Shown: positions 52,682 through 61,517, numbered from the stretch's first letter. The stretch: DNA of 64,000 nt from Candidatus Latescibacterota bacterium (GCA_965248755.1 OZ252149.1:2912001-2976000), one strand, 5' to 3'. Notes: generated by a model not told the origin, from the sequence alone. Numbers and translations are program-made.

Positions 52682-53881
52682 ATGAGACGGATTCTGTTCC
52701 ATGTGCTGGGCATCTTGATTGTGGGGGTGGTAGTAACAGCGTGCGGCGGTAGTAAAAAGCTGGTCGAGGTTCTAGAAGGGTCGAAGGAAAAGAAAAGCTA
52801 TGCTGAGGCTGATGCTCACTACAATATAGGCTTCAACTTGTATAACGAAAGGGACTTGGAAGGAGCCATCATAGAATATCGTGAAGCCCTCCGGTTGGAT
52901 CCCGACTTTGCCCTTGCTCACAACGATCTCGGCAACGCCCTAGCTAAAAAAGGGGACTTGGAAGGGGCAATCCGGGAATACCATGAGGCAATCAGAATTA
53001 ACCCCCATTATTCTACTCCTCACAACAACATCGGCAATGTGTTAATTAAAAAGGGGGAATTGGAAGGGGCAATTAGAAAATTTCATGAGGCCATAAGGAT
53101 CGACCCCCACAGTGCTGGCGCTCACAACAACTTGGGCAACGCCCTGAAATCTAAGGGGGATTTGGAAGGGGCAATTAGAGAATATCATGAGGCTATCAGG
53201 AACGATTCCTACTATGCTACTCCCCATTACGGTCTCGGCAACACCCTGTATAGCAAAGGGGACTTGGAAGGAGCAATCAGAGAATTTCGTGAGGCCATAA
53301 GAATCGACCCCGATTATGGTAAGGCTCACTACAACCTCGGCATCGCCCTGCGTAAGAAAGGAGACCTGGAAGGAGCAACGAGAGAATTTCGTGAGACTAT
53401 AAGAATCAACCCCCATAATGCTAATGCTCACTATAACGTCGGAATCGCCCTGTATAAGAAAGGGGACTTGGAAGGAGCCATCAGAGAATATCGTGAGGTC
53501 ATAAGCATTTACCCCAATTATGTCAATGCGTATATCAACCTCGGCGTCGCTTTACGCGACGAAGGGGACTTGGAAGGAGCTATCAGAGAATATCGTGAAG
53601 CCATAAGCATCAACCCCAATGCCACGCTTGCACATTACAACCTTGGCAACGCCCTGAAATCCAGAGGGGATTTGGATGGAGCTATCAGAGAATATCGCAA
53701 AGCATTAAGTATCAATCCCAACTATGCCGCTGCGCACAATAACCTCGGCTACGCCTTGGATGCCAACGGGGATCAGGCAAGTGCTATCCGGGAGTGGGGT
53801 GTCTTCATTCAGCTGAGCAAGGATGAACATGCAAAAGAAGAGGCACGGGAAATGATCCGCAAACTCGGAGGCACACCGTAA
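52682..53881 (+). CDS. TPR-repeat lipoprotein (~10 repeats)
   Basis: Lipobox VTAC; repeated GDLEGAIREY.EAI.I.P. Confidence 0.88.
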   Translation: MRRILFHVLGILIVGVVVTACGGSKKLVEVLEGSKEKKSYAEADAHYNIGFNLYNERDLEGAIIEYREALRLDPDFALAHNDLGNALAKKGDLEGAIREYHEAIRINPHYSTPHNNIGNVLIKKGELEGAIRKFHEAIRIDPHSAGAHNNLGNALKSKGDLEGAIREYHEAIRNDSYYATPHYGLGNTLYSKGDLEGAIREFREAIRIDPDYGKAHYNLGIALRKKGDLEGATREFRETIRINPHNANAHYNVGIALYKKGDLEGAIREYREVISIYPNYVNAYINLGVALRDEGDLEGAIREYREAISINPNATLAHYNLGNALKSRGDLDGAIREYRKALSINPNYAAAHNNLGYALDANGDQASAIREWGVFIQLSKDEHAKEEAREMIRKLGGTP

Positions 53882-54026
53882 CATAAACCAAGATAGATGT
53901 ATATTCTAGTGGAATAGGCTTGATAGAACTATCAACTGGGGTTACAGCTACTTTCAAAGGCGTCCATCTAAGTGCTCCGGAGGCGGCTATATCTGAATCC
54001 CTGTCGCCTCTCACTCAAAAATCCAG

Positions 54027-54680
54027 ATGACGAGTCTAATCGGTTTAAAGGCGCAAATTATAAGACTACTCCTCCTTTTGATCGGAAGGACGCTCAGGAT
54101 CCGAACCTTGGGGGACGAACACTATAAGAAGGTCTCAGAAAACGGCAGGGGATTCATCTTTGCCGTATGGCATGGCAGGATGCTGCTGCCTATATATAGG
54201 CACAGAAGTATGGGAATAATCACTATGGCGAGCCTTCACAGCGACGGGGAGATGATAGCAAGGGTTCTGGACAGAATCGGATATGAGACGGTTCGAGGTT
54301 CCACAACCAGGGGAGGAAAGAAGGCTATGAGCCAGATGTTGAGAAGGGCACGAAAGAGCGGTGTATTCGCCCTGACGCCCGACGGCCCCAGAGGTCCGAG
54401 GGAAACTGTCCAGCCCGGAGTCGTATTCCTATCTCAGATGTCGGGGTTGCCTATACTGCCGGTCACAGGGAGCGCCAGAAGGTGCAAGAGGTTCAACAGT
54501 TGGGACAGATTTCTGATGCCCTTTCCGTTCTCCCAAAGTCTGATAGTCTATGGTGAGCCGCTCTTTGCTAACAGGGAAGAAGATATTTCGACAGAGCTTG
54601 AAAGGAGATTGAAAAGTATAACCTGTCAGGCTGATAAGCTGTGCGGAATTAAAGAAGTAGAAAGTAGACAAATGAAGTAG
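54027..54680 (+). CDS. DUF374 / lysophospholipid acyltransferase family protein
   Basis: WHGR, DGE, VRGS, TPDGPRGP, SWDRF. Confidence 0.88.
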   Translation: MTSLIGLKAQIIRLLLLLIGRTLRIRTLGDEHYKKVSENGRGFIFAVWHGRMLLPIYRHRSMGIITMASLHSDGEMIARVLDRIGYETVRGSTTRGGKKAMSQMLRRARKSGVFALTPDGPRGPRETVQPGVVFLSQMSGLPILPVTGSARRCKRFNSWDRFLMPFPFSQSLIVYGEPLFANREEDISTELERRLKSITCQADKLCGIKEVESRQMK

Positions 54681-54955
54681 ACAGTAGACAGGGCACCGCC
54701 TCCCATCCCGCCGGATTGCTTCGGGGTGAAGTCCCTCTTGAGCAAGAGGGCTGAATCTCCTGGCAATGACTACGAGTCGGGACAAGCAGGGCTATGTGCC
54801 CCTGAACTATCATTCTGAGCGATAGGCAAGCAATCTCGCAGTGATTAGTCAGGATGTAGGGGCGAGGCCTGCCCCCGAATGATTCTATCGGGGGTCCACT
54901 CGCCAAAAGGGGCCTGGGTAATACAGCCCCCCATCATCTATAAGGAGGTAGCCGA

Positions 54956-55726
54956 TTGGCGACAGGTATTGCCACAATAATATCATTTAGCTTTCTTGTC
55001 CTGGCGCTGCTGATCCTGCTTCCTCTGCGGATTCGCCTGGACGCCTCGAGCCTGGATGAGGAGAAAAATGTCTTCATATACTTGGGCGCATGGTATGGCC
55101 TTTCAGGTTTAGGAATTTCACTTTTGGGTGACGGCGTCAGGTTCTACATTATGCTCTTAGGGAGGAGATTGTACCAGTTCCGCCCCAGGAAAAAGAGAAG
55201 GGTGAAGGAACCTAAAGATGTCGAACCTGAAAAGGAGCGCCCTAAAGAGGAGCGTCCTAAAAAGGAGCGCCCTAAAAAGGAGCGTCCTAAAAAGGAGCGT
55301 CCTAAAAAGGAGCGTCCTGGGCCTGTTGAGAGATTGAAAACAATGTACGGATATTTACGCATATTCAAGGCTCCTGTCCTGCGCTTCCTCAGATCATCTT
55401 TGAGGAGTTTGAACTTAACGAGGATAGACTGCAACCTGGAGTATGGAGCGGGTGACCCTGCTTTCACAGGCAAGGCGTTCGGCATCTACCACTCCATTTG
55501 CCCGCTTTTGGGAGAGAAAGTAAATGTGAAGGTTATGCCTAATTTCACTGATGCCGTACTCCGCGGGGATATATCGGTCATTCTGGACCTGAAACTCTAT
55601 GTGCTCATAATCGCCTCTCTGAGACTTGGGATATCTGTTGGATATGCATGGCTCAAGGATTGGCTGGCGGATCGACTTCCCCGTAAAATGTGGAGACACA
55701 AGGATTTATCTCTGTCGGAAGGCTAA
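54956..55726 (+). CDS. DUF2953 domain protein
   Basis: GAGDPAFTG motif; upstream of a YtfJ-family gene; (KERPK)x6 insert. Confidence 0.75.
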   Translation: MATGIATIISFSFLVLALLILLPLRIRLDASSLDEEKNVFIYLGAWYGLSGLGISLLGDGVRFYIMLLGRRLYQFRPRKKRRVKEPKDVEPEKERPKEERPKKERPKKERPKKERPKKERPGPVERLKTMYGYLRIFKAPVLRFLRSSLRSLNLTRIDCNLEYGAGDPAFTGKAFGIYHSICPLLGEKVNVKVMPNFTDAVLRGDISVILDLKLYVLIIASLRLGISVGYAWLKDWLADRLPRKMWRHKDLSLSEG

Positions 55727-55788
55727 CTTTATGCCCGATAAAATAATCGGGGCTGCCCGATAAAATCAATCGGGGAAAGGAGAAACCT

Positions 55789-56199
55789 ATGTCTGTCGAG
55801 GACCTGGTTAAGACGTTGATGGATGAACTGAAGCAGATTGTCAAGACCGAGACCGTTGTAGGGGAGGCGATTGAGGCGGGGGATTCGGTCATAATCCCGG
55901 TGTCCAAGATATCGTTCGGCTTCGGCGCGGGAGGCGGGGGAGGGGAGTCGGGAGGGGAGAAGGGAAAGGGCGGCGGCGCAGGCGGCGGCGCGTCCGTTGA
56001 GCCGGTGGCGTTCGTGGTGATAACTGATGGCAAAGTTCAGGTTATGTCCGTAAAGAAGGAGGCGACCTTCTCCAAGATCGTGGAACTGGTCCCCGAACTG
56101 GTCGGAAAGTTGAGGGACATCAAGAACATAGTGGAAAAGAGGAGAGAAAAGAAGGAGGATAGCTCCGAAGATCAGGAGGAGTCAGACGAAGAGTCATAG
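55789..56199 (+). CDS. GerW/YtfJ family protein
   Basis: TVVGEAI...IIPVSKISFGFGAGGG...PVAFVV. Confidence 0.88.
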   Translation: MSVEDLVKTLMDELKQIVKTETVVGEAIEAGDSVIIPVSKISFGFGAGGGGGESGGEKGKGGGAGGGASVEPVAFVVITDGKVQVMSVKKEATFSKIVELVPELVGKLRDIKNIVEKRREKKEDSSEDQEESDEES

Positions 56200-56209
56200 G
56201 GGATTGTCA

Positions 56210-56310
56210 ACAAAACAATGCTCACTTTAATAGAAGTGGGCAGTCTGCAATGGTTTTAGGCTGAGAAACTTTTTCTTGACGTCCAACATTATCTTTTGTA
56301 TCTTTTTACC
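56210..56310 (+). repeat. ~100-bp hairpin plus promoter module, copy A
   Basis: Diverged match to 57868-57965; TTGACG-17 bp-TATCTT. Confidence 0.7.
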
Positions 56311-56433
56311 TTAATTGATCCATATCCTAGGGGGGCTATGAATCAGCTTATACAGAAGTATACAGTCTGCTTTGCTAAAGCAGACTGTATAAACCCTGGT
56401 TAGTCGGACAGAAGCATAAATCTGGAGAGAAAC

Positions 56434-56823
56434 TTGAAAGAGGCCCTGATCAACGCGATTGTTGTCGGTTCGGGAGGTTTCCTTGGTGCTCTCGCCCGCT
56501 ACGGACTCAGTGGGCTCGTGCATCGGCAAGTGCCTCTTGCGACGTTCCCGTACGGCACGCTGGGGGTCAACCTCTTGGGCTGCCTCGTGATCGGAGTAAT
56601 CGCCGGACTTGTGGAGTCTCGGCAGCTATTCGGGCCGGAGGTCCGTATATTTGTTCTCATCGGTGTCCTCGGTGGGTTCACGACCTTCTCGACGTTTGGC
56701 TACGATACGTTCGCGATGATGCGCGACGACGAATACCTTCAGGCAGCCATCAACGTAGGACTGCATGTCATCCTCGGTCTGGCTTTGGTGTCGCTGGGTT
56801 ATGCACTCACAACATCAAGGTAG
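56434..56823 (+). CDS. crcB: Fluoride efflux channel CrcB/FluC
   Basis: GGFLGALARY, FPYGTLGVN, GGFTTFSTF. Confidence 0.93.
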   Translation: MKEALINAIVVGSGGFLGALARYGLSGLVHRQVPLATFPYGTLGVNLLGCLVIGVIAGLVESRQLFGPEVRIFVLIGVLGGFTTFSTFGYDTFAMMRDDEYLQAAINVGLHVILGLALVSLGYALTTSR

Positions 56824-56830
56824 GCTGACC

Positions 56831-56890
56831 ATGATTCTGCCGAAGGACGGGAAGCTCCTTCGCGTCTTTGTGGGAGAGAACGACAAGTAC
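56831..56890 (+). pseudogene. Truncated DUF190 (PII-like) gene
   Basis: MILPKDGKLLRVFVGENDKY directly after crcB, then unrelated sequence. Confidence 0.65.
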
Positions 56891-56949
56891 GTGAGAACAA
56901 TTTTTAAGGGGTTTTTTTGGACACCTGTTTTTATGGGTGAGCATAGTCG

Positions 56950-57732
56950 TCAAGGATGCCAATGTAGAGGAATTTGAGGAACTGGAGCTGCAAATCTTAT
57001 CTTATTGATTTGAATGATAGATAGTTCGCTGTGATCACAGATTTCGTAGAATTTGTTGAGTTCTTCAGGAGTCAACGGTGGGAAAGGTGGGAGAGTAGGA
57101 CTGTCCCAGTCTTGAGCGAGCACCATGTTCACAAACAGATGTGCCCAGTCATATTCAGGAGGATTGGGCCAATGAGATAGATCAGACCAGAACTGAACCT
57201 TGTCTTCTGGCGGGAGGTCGTTGTAAAAGTCGCTTTGGGTTTCAAAGGTTCTTTCAAAGTGGGGCTTATAAGGCCTGTTTCCTCTCATCACCTGCCAGCG
57301 GAACGTTAAGAATAAACAGCGAGCGTTCTCCCGATCTGCTTCCATTATATCCAGGCCAATTTGGGTATAGGTCGATAGATACTTTCGGTAACGAAGTTCC
57401 TCTCCACCGTATCTCTCTGAGACGCTCCTGGGTTCGGGACTTTCTTTGGTAGGTTCAAGTCCGTTGGCGGCTATAAATTCCTCTACTACTTTTATTGCTT
57501 CATCTGGGGATTGAGTAAAGTAAGATAACCTTACACTCTTACCTGCTTCCCCAGAGTTGATATAGAATCCAGTGACACTTTCTAACCATGGTTTGCTTGT
57601 GACGAGTGGGTATATAGCGTCAAGAGAAGTATAGTATCCCTCAACTGCGTTTTTGTTTCCCGCGTTTAAGACAAATACTCCAAAAAGATCGGTTTCCTTC
57701 ACTTTGTTTGGTTTCAGATTAGGTGAGGCCAT
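56950..57732 (-). CDS. Hypothetical protein, possibly a distant Lant_dehydr_C (thiopeptide-type) domain
   Basis: AGGAG RBS; VRL, ERYGG and AHLFVN motifs. Confidence 0.5.
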   Translation of the reverse strand: MASPNLKPNKVKETDLFGVFVLNAGNKNAVEGYYTSLDAIYPLVTSKPWLESVTGFYINSGEAGKSVRLSYFTQSPDEAIKVVEEFIAANGLEPTKESPEPRSVSERYGGEELRYRKYLSTYTQIGLDIMEADRENARCLFLTFRWQVMRGNRPYKPHFERTFETQSDFYNDLPPEDKVQFWSDLSHWPNPPEYDWAHLFVNMVLAQDWDSPTLPPFPPLTPEELNKFYEICDHSELSIIQINKIRFAAPVPQIPLHWHP

Positions 57733-57867
57733 AGATTAGCTCCTGTTTTTGAAGGTACACTATATCTTGCGTTGTAGCTACTATGCATACTACATATAGA
57801 ATTTAATAAGAACGGGATCGAAAAGCAAGGGAGAAATGGTTATTGTTCTGAAAATGCATATCTTACC

Positions 57868-57965
57868 AATAAAAAAATGCTCACTTTAGACAAAGTGGGC
57901 ACTCTACAATGGTTTGGCACTGAGAACTTTTCATTGACATCCACTATTTTCTTTTATATCTTTCT
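57868..57965 (+). repeat. ~100-bp hairpin plus promoter module, copy B
   Basis: TTGACA-17 bp-TATCTT; GCTCACTT...AAGTGGGC stem. Confidence 0.7.
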
Positions 57966-58529
57966 GTATTGATTAACGAACAGTTTCAGCTTACCGATAC
58001 AAATTTATTTAATAAGAGGAGGGTTAGCCATGTTTCTAAATACCCTTAACTTTAAAAGGATACAACAAGAAAAGAATGGGTGTAAGTCCTTCCCGAAAGG
58101 TATACGAGCTCCCTTTTCTACAAAGCTAAGTAAGTAGAGAGTAGTCAGTAGACACAGCACCGCCTGCCATCCCTATGTGCTGTCTACTATTTTGGATCTC
58201 TATAATTTGTCCGAACTATTTTGACCCGATACTTAAATGACTTGGTGGATCGCGACCAAGAAGAGGTACCTACTTCGTAGGCAAGAGGATATTCGTTATT
58301 GGGCCAAGCGAAAGAACGAAGATCCACTTCTTATCATCATAACGGGGGCAGCGCGTATTCATGGATTGCCAGAAGAGTTGGAGTTATGAGGGATAGAAAT
58401 CCAGTTCCAAAATGAAATTACACCCCTTTGGCTGAGGATGCCAGCTGGGACTTCAAAAGCTCGACAGCGGGCCTGAAGGAAATCCTCGAACAAGCCCTGG
58501 CCGCGGCCTAGACAAGAAAGGAGAACCCC

Positions 58530-59591
58530 ATGTCCTCAATTGAAATTCTCGGTACCGGCTGGGTGGACAGGCGCGATTCGGCCTTCCCCCAGACCGTGCA
58601 ACTGCCCAGCGGCGACCTCCTCTGTTCCTTTAATGTGGGCGGCGGTCCCTATGTCAATGGCGGCACGGACTGGGCCCTCTCCACAGACGGCGGCCAGACC
58701 TGGACCCTCGAAGGCACCATTGCCCCGCCCACGACCGATCCTCCCACCACCTATGCCCTCAAGCTGAGCCTTTCGGCTGACGGCCAGACCGTTTTCGCGT
58801 ACGGGGCGCATTCCTATGCCCGGGACGAGGAGAAATTCGGCGAAGGCCGCAACGAGCCGGTGCTATGCCGCTCCGCGGACAGAGGCCGCACCTGGTCGGA
58901 TCCCCAGGTGGTCCCCATGCCCGGCGATTGCCCACTGGAAATTTCCCACGGGGTACTGCCGCTCGAATCCGGCCGCCTCCTGGCGCCGGCCGCCACTCTC
59001 CCTGCCCAGGACCGCCTGGGCGAGCAGGTCCTGGTGGCCATCTCCGACGACGGCGGACTGACCTGGCCGCAGCACGCTGTGGTGTTCGAGGACCCCGACA
59101 AAAAATTCGGCTACTTTGAGCATAAGCTGGCCGTAATCTCCCCGGACCTGCTCATGGCCGTGTGCTGGACCGTGACCTTGGGCGATGTGGTGGACCAGCC
59201 GGACAGCTTTGTGCTCTCGCGCGACAATGGATCCACGTGGGGGGCGGCCCGATCCACCGGCATCCAGGGGCAGACCATGACCCCGATCCCCCTGGGCAGC
59301 GACCGGCTCCTGGTGCTTTACAACCGGCGCTACGGCGACCAGGGCATTATCATGAACCTGGTGACCTTTGCGGAAGAGTCCTGGACCCTTCACTACGAAG
59401 GCCTGATGTACGACGCCAGGGCAAAGCGCGAACGGCCGGACGACCTGGAAACAGGGGTGGAGGAATTGTACTCCTTTATGTTCGGCTTCCCCACGGCGAT
59501 CAAGCTGCAGGACGGGACCTATCTGGCGACCCACTGGTGCAAGGAAGGAGCCACCTTCGGCATCCGCTGGACCAAACTGCGGATCCAATAG
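58530..59591 (+). CDS. Sialidase-like BNR/Asp-box propeller protein
   Basis: STDGGQTW, SADRGRTW, SDDGGLTW, SRDNGSTW. Confidence 0.85.
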   Translation: MSSIEILGTGWVDRRDSAFPQTVQLPSGDLLCSFNVGGGPYVNGGTDWALSTDGGQTWTLEGTIAPPTTDPPTTYALKLSLSADGQTVFAYGAHSYARDEEKFGEGRNEPVLCRSADRGRTWSDPQVVPMPGDCPLEISHGVLPLESGRLLAPAATLPAQDRLGEQVLVAISDDGGLTWPQHAVVFEDPDKKFGYFEHKLAVISPDLLMAVCWTVTLGDVVDQPDSFVLSRDNGSTWGAARSTGIQGQTMTPIPLGSDRLLVLYNRRYGDQGIIMNLVTFAEESWTLHYEGLMYDARAKRERPDDLETGVEELYSFMFGFPTAIKLQDGTYLATHWCKEGATFGIRWTKLRIQ

Positions 59592-59597
59592 TCTAGT

Positions 59598-59766
59598 GAG
59601 ATTGCTTCGCCCACTTCGTGGCTTGCTGCCACTCCGCCTCGCAATGACGTTGCTTGGCTTCGTCCTTCGGTCATTGCCAGGGGCATTTGCCTCGAGTGCC
59701 CGATAGACTCAATCGGGGACCGCTTTGCTCCTCGCAATGACTCCACCAAGTTTATGCTTAATCGGG
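59598..59766 (+). mobile_element. Partial IS1380-type MITE with an embedded 21-bp palindrome
   Basis: 59721-59766 matches the reverse complement of 43994-44040; followed by TTAG; other end not found. Confidence 0.7.
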
Positions 59767-59807
59767 TTAGTTCTGCTGGCTGAAGAAGACAAGAGCTTGA
59801 ATGTAGG

Positions 59808-60683
59808 ATGCCGCTGATGAGATTGGGCGCTACGATAGATGACTACATGGACACGCACGACCCGGACGCTCTGGTTGCCGAGTGCCGCAAGAAGGGCTAC
59901 CGGGCAGCTGCGATGCCGCTTTCGGCGCTGGATCAGCCCGATGTCGTCCGCGACATTGCCCGCGCCTTTGCCGACGCCGACATCCTGCTGGCCGAGATTG
60001 CTGCGTGGGTCAATCCGCTGGACTATGACCCGCAACAGCGACAGAGGAAAATCGCCGAGATCGCACGCTGTCTGGCGCTGTCCGACGAGGTAGGGGCGAC
60101 CTGCTGTGCAACCGTAGCGGGGTCGTACTCTCAGACAGATCGTTGGGACTCGCACGCAGGGCATCATCCGGACAACTTCTCTGCGCGAGCCTTCGAGGAG
60201 GTGGTGGACTGGGTGCGCGATGTGCTCGACCAGGTCCAGCCCACACGCGCCAAGCTGACGCTGGAGATCTGCCCGTGGACTCTGTTGGACAGCCCGCAGA
60301 TCTATCTGGACCTGATCAGGGCCGTGGATCGCCCTGGACTCGGTGTCCACGTGGACCCGGCCAATCTGGTGACGAACCCTCGCGCCTACTACGATACGAC
60401 AGGGATGATTCACCAGTGCTTCGATCTGCTCGGGGGACATATCCTCTCCTGTCACGCCAAGGACGTGCACTGGGCGCTTGATGCGCGGACGGTCGGAATC
60501 GAGGAGGTCGTTCCCGGACGGGGAGTCCTCGACTATGCCGCCTTCTTGCAGCACGGGGATGGAATTTCGCCTGATCTGCCGCTGATCATCGAACATATAC
60601 AGACCGAAGCCAACTTTGACGAGGCCGCCGCCTATATCGTGGGCGTTGGCGCCGAAGTCGGCGTGTCACTCCAAGAGAATTGA
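59808..60683 (+). CDS. Sugar phosphate isomerase/epimerase (TIM barrel)
   Basis: LTLE, VHVDPAN, CHAKD, PGRGVLD, IIEH. Confidence 0.85.
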   Translation: MPLMRLGATIDDYMDTHDPDALVAECRKKGYRAAAMPLSALDQPDVVRDIARAFADADILLAEIAAWVNPLDYDPQQRQRKIAEIARCLALSDEVGATCCATVAGSYSQTDRWDSHAGHHPDNFSARAFEEVVDWVRDVLDQVQPTRAKLTLEICPWTLLDSPQIYLDLIRAVDRPGLGVHVDPANLVTNPRAYYDTTGMIHQCFDLLGGHILSCHAKDVHWALDARTVGIEEVVPGRGVLDYAAFLQHGDGISPDLPLIIEHIQTEANFDEAAAYIVGVGAEVGVSLQEN

Positions 60684-60694
60684 GGTAAATACTA

Positions 60695-61501
60695 ATGGAA
60701 CGAACACTGGAGGGCAAGGTTGCTCTGGTGACGGGCGCAAGCAAGGGGATCGGCCGGGCGCTGGCGATAGGTCTGGCCGAGGCTGGCGCCGCAGTCGCCG
60801 CCATCTATAAAAGCGATACAGCCGGCGCGGAAGGCGCCTGCGGGACTATCCGGCAATCCGGCGGGGTCGCAGAGCCGTATTCTGCCGATATCGGCTCCAA
60901 GGACGAATTCGAAGCAGTGATAGACCAGGTCTATGACCGGTTCGGCCGGCTGGATGTGCTGGTCAACAACGCAGCCCGCACGCGCTTCGGCCCGATCGAA
61001 CAGGTGACGGAAGAAGACTTCGACGATGTCGTGAACACCGTCCTGCGCGGCCCCTTCTTCGGCTCGATTGCGGCGGCCGGGAAGATGATCCGAGGCGGCG
61101 GCGGGTCCATCATCAATATCAGCTCCATCGCCGTGCGAGGCATCATGTTTTTCCACAGCTCTTACACCATGGCCAAAGGCGGGCTGGAGGCCATGACCCG
61201 GCAGATGGCGCTGGAACTGGCGCCGCATGTGCGGGTGAACGCTCTGGCACCCCGTGCAACCAGCAACGAACGCAACGCTGCCTACGATCCGGACTATGAC
61301 CAAAAGTGGGCATCTGTTACGCCGCTAGGTCGCGTCGGAAGTCCGGATGACTACGTGGGACCCGCAGTCTTTCTGGCCGGAGACCCTGCCCGGATGGTGA
61401 CGGGGCAGGTGTTGTATGTGGACGGCGGCTGGACTCTGCAGGGACGCTCACCCGACCAATCGGCATTTGACTTCTCCGCCGATCGCAAGCGCGACGATTG
61501 A
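60695..61501 (+). CDS. SDR family oxidoreductase
   Basis: TGASKGIG, VNNA, YTMAKGG. Confidence 0.9.
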   Translation: MERTLEGKVALVTGASKGIGRALAIGLAEAGAAVAAIYKSDTAGAEGACGTIRQSGGVAEPYSADIGSKDEFEAVIDQVYDRFGRLDVLVNNAARTRFGPIEQVTEEDFDDVVNTVLRGPFFGSIAAAGKMIRGGGGSIINISSIAVRGIMFFHSSYTMAKGGLEAMTRQMALELAPHVRVNALAPRATSNERNAAYDPDYDQKWASVTPLGRVGSPDDYVGPAVFLAGDPARMVTGQVLYVDGGWTLQGRSPDQSAFDFSADRKRDD

Positions 61502-61517
61502 AAGCGAGCAAGAGCAG

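Larger units (their letters stand above)
1767..59718. repeat. Dispersed 21-bp palindrome family CCCCGATTGNNTCTATCGGGG (~20 copies, both orientations)
   Basis: Copies start at 1767, 3644, 12437, 17462, 23835, 24233, 35658, 35787, 38158, 39373, 39412, 42373, 43921, 46946, 48689, 51401, 54872, 55734, 55756 and 59699; short variant at 15540. Confidence 0.9.

Noticed and set aside
58070..58115. c-di-GMP riboswitch suggested by CCCGAAAGG
   Set aside because: Lacks the GGCAAA...GACGCAAAGC elements of the GEMM motif.
1767..59718. CRISPR interpretation of the 21-bp palindrome
   Set aside because: Copies are dispersed, in both orientations, with no regular spacers and no cas genes.
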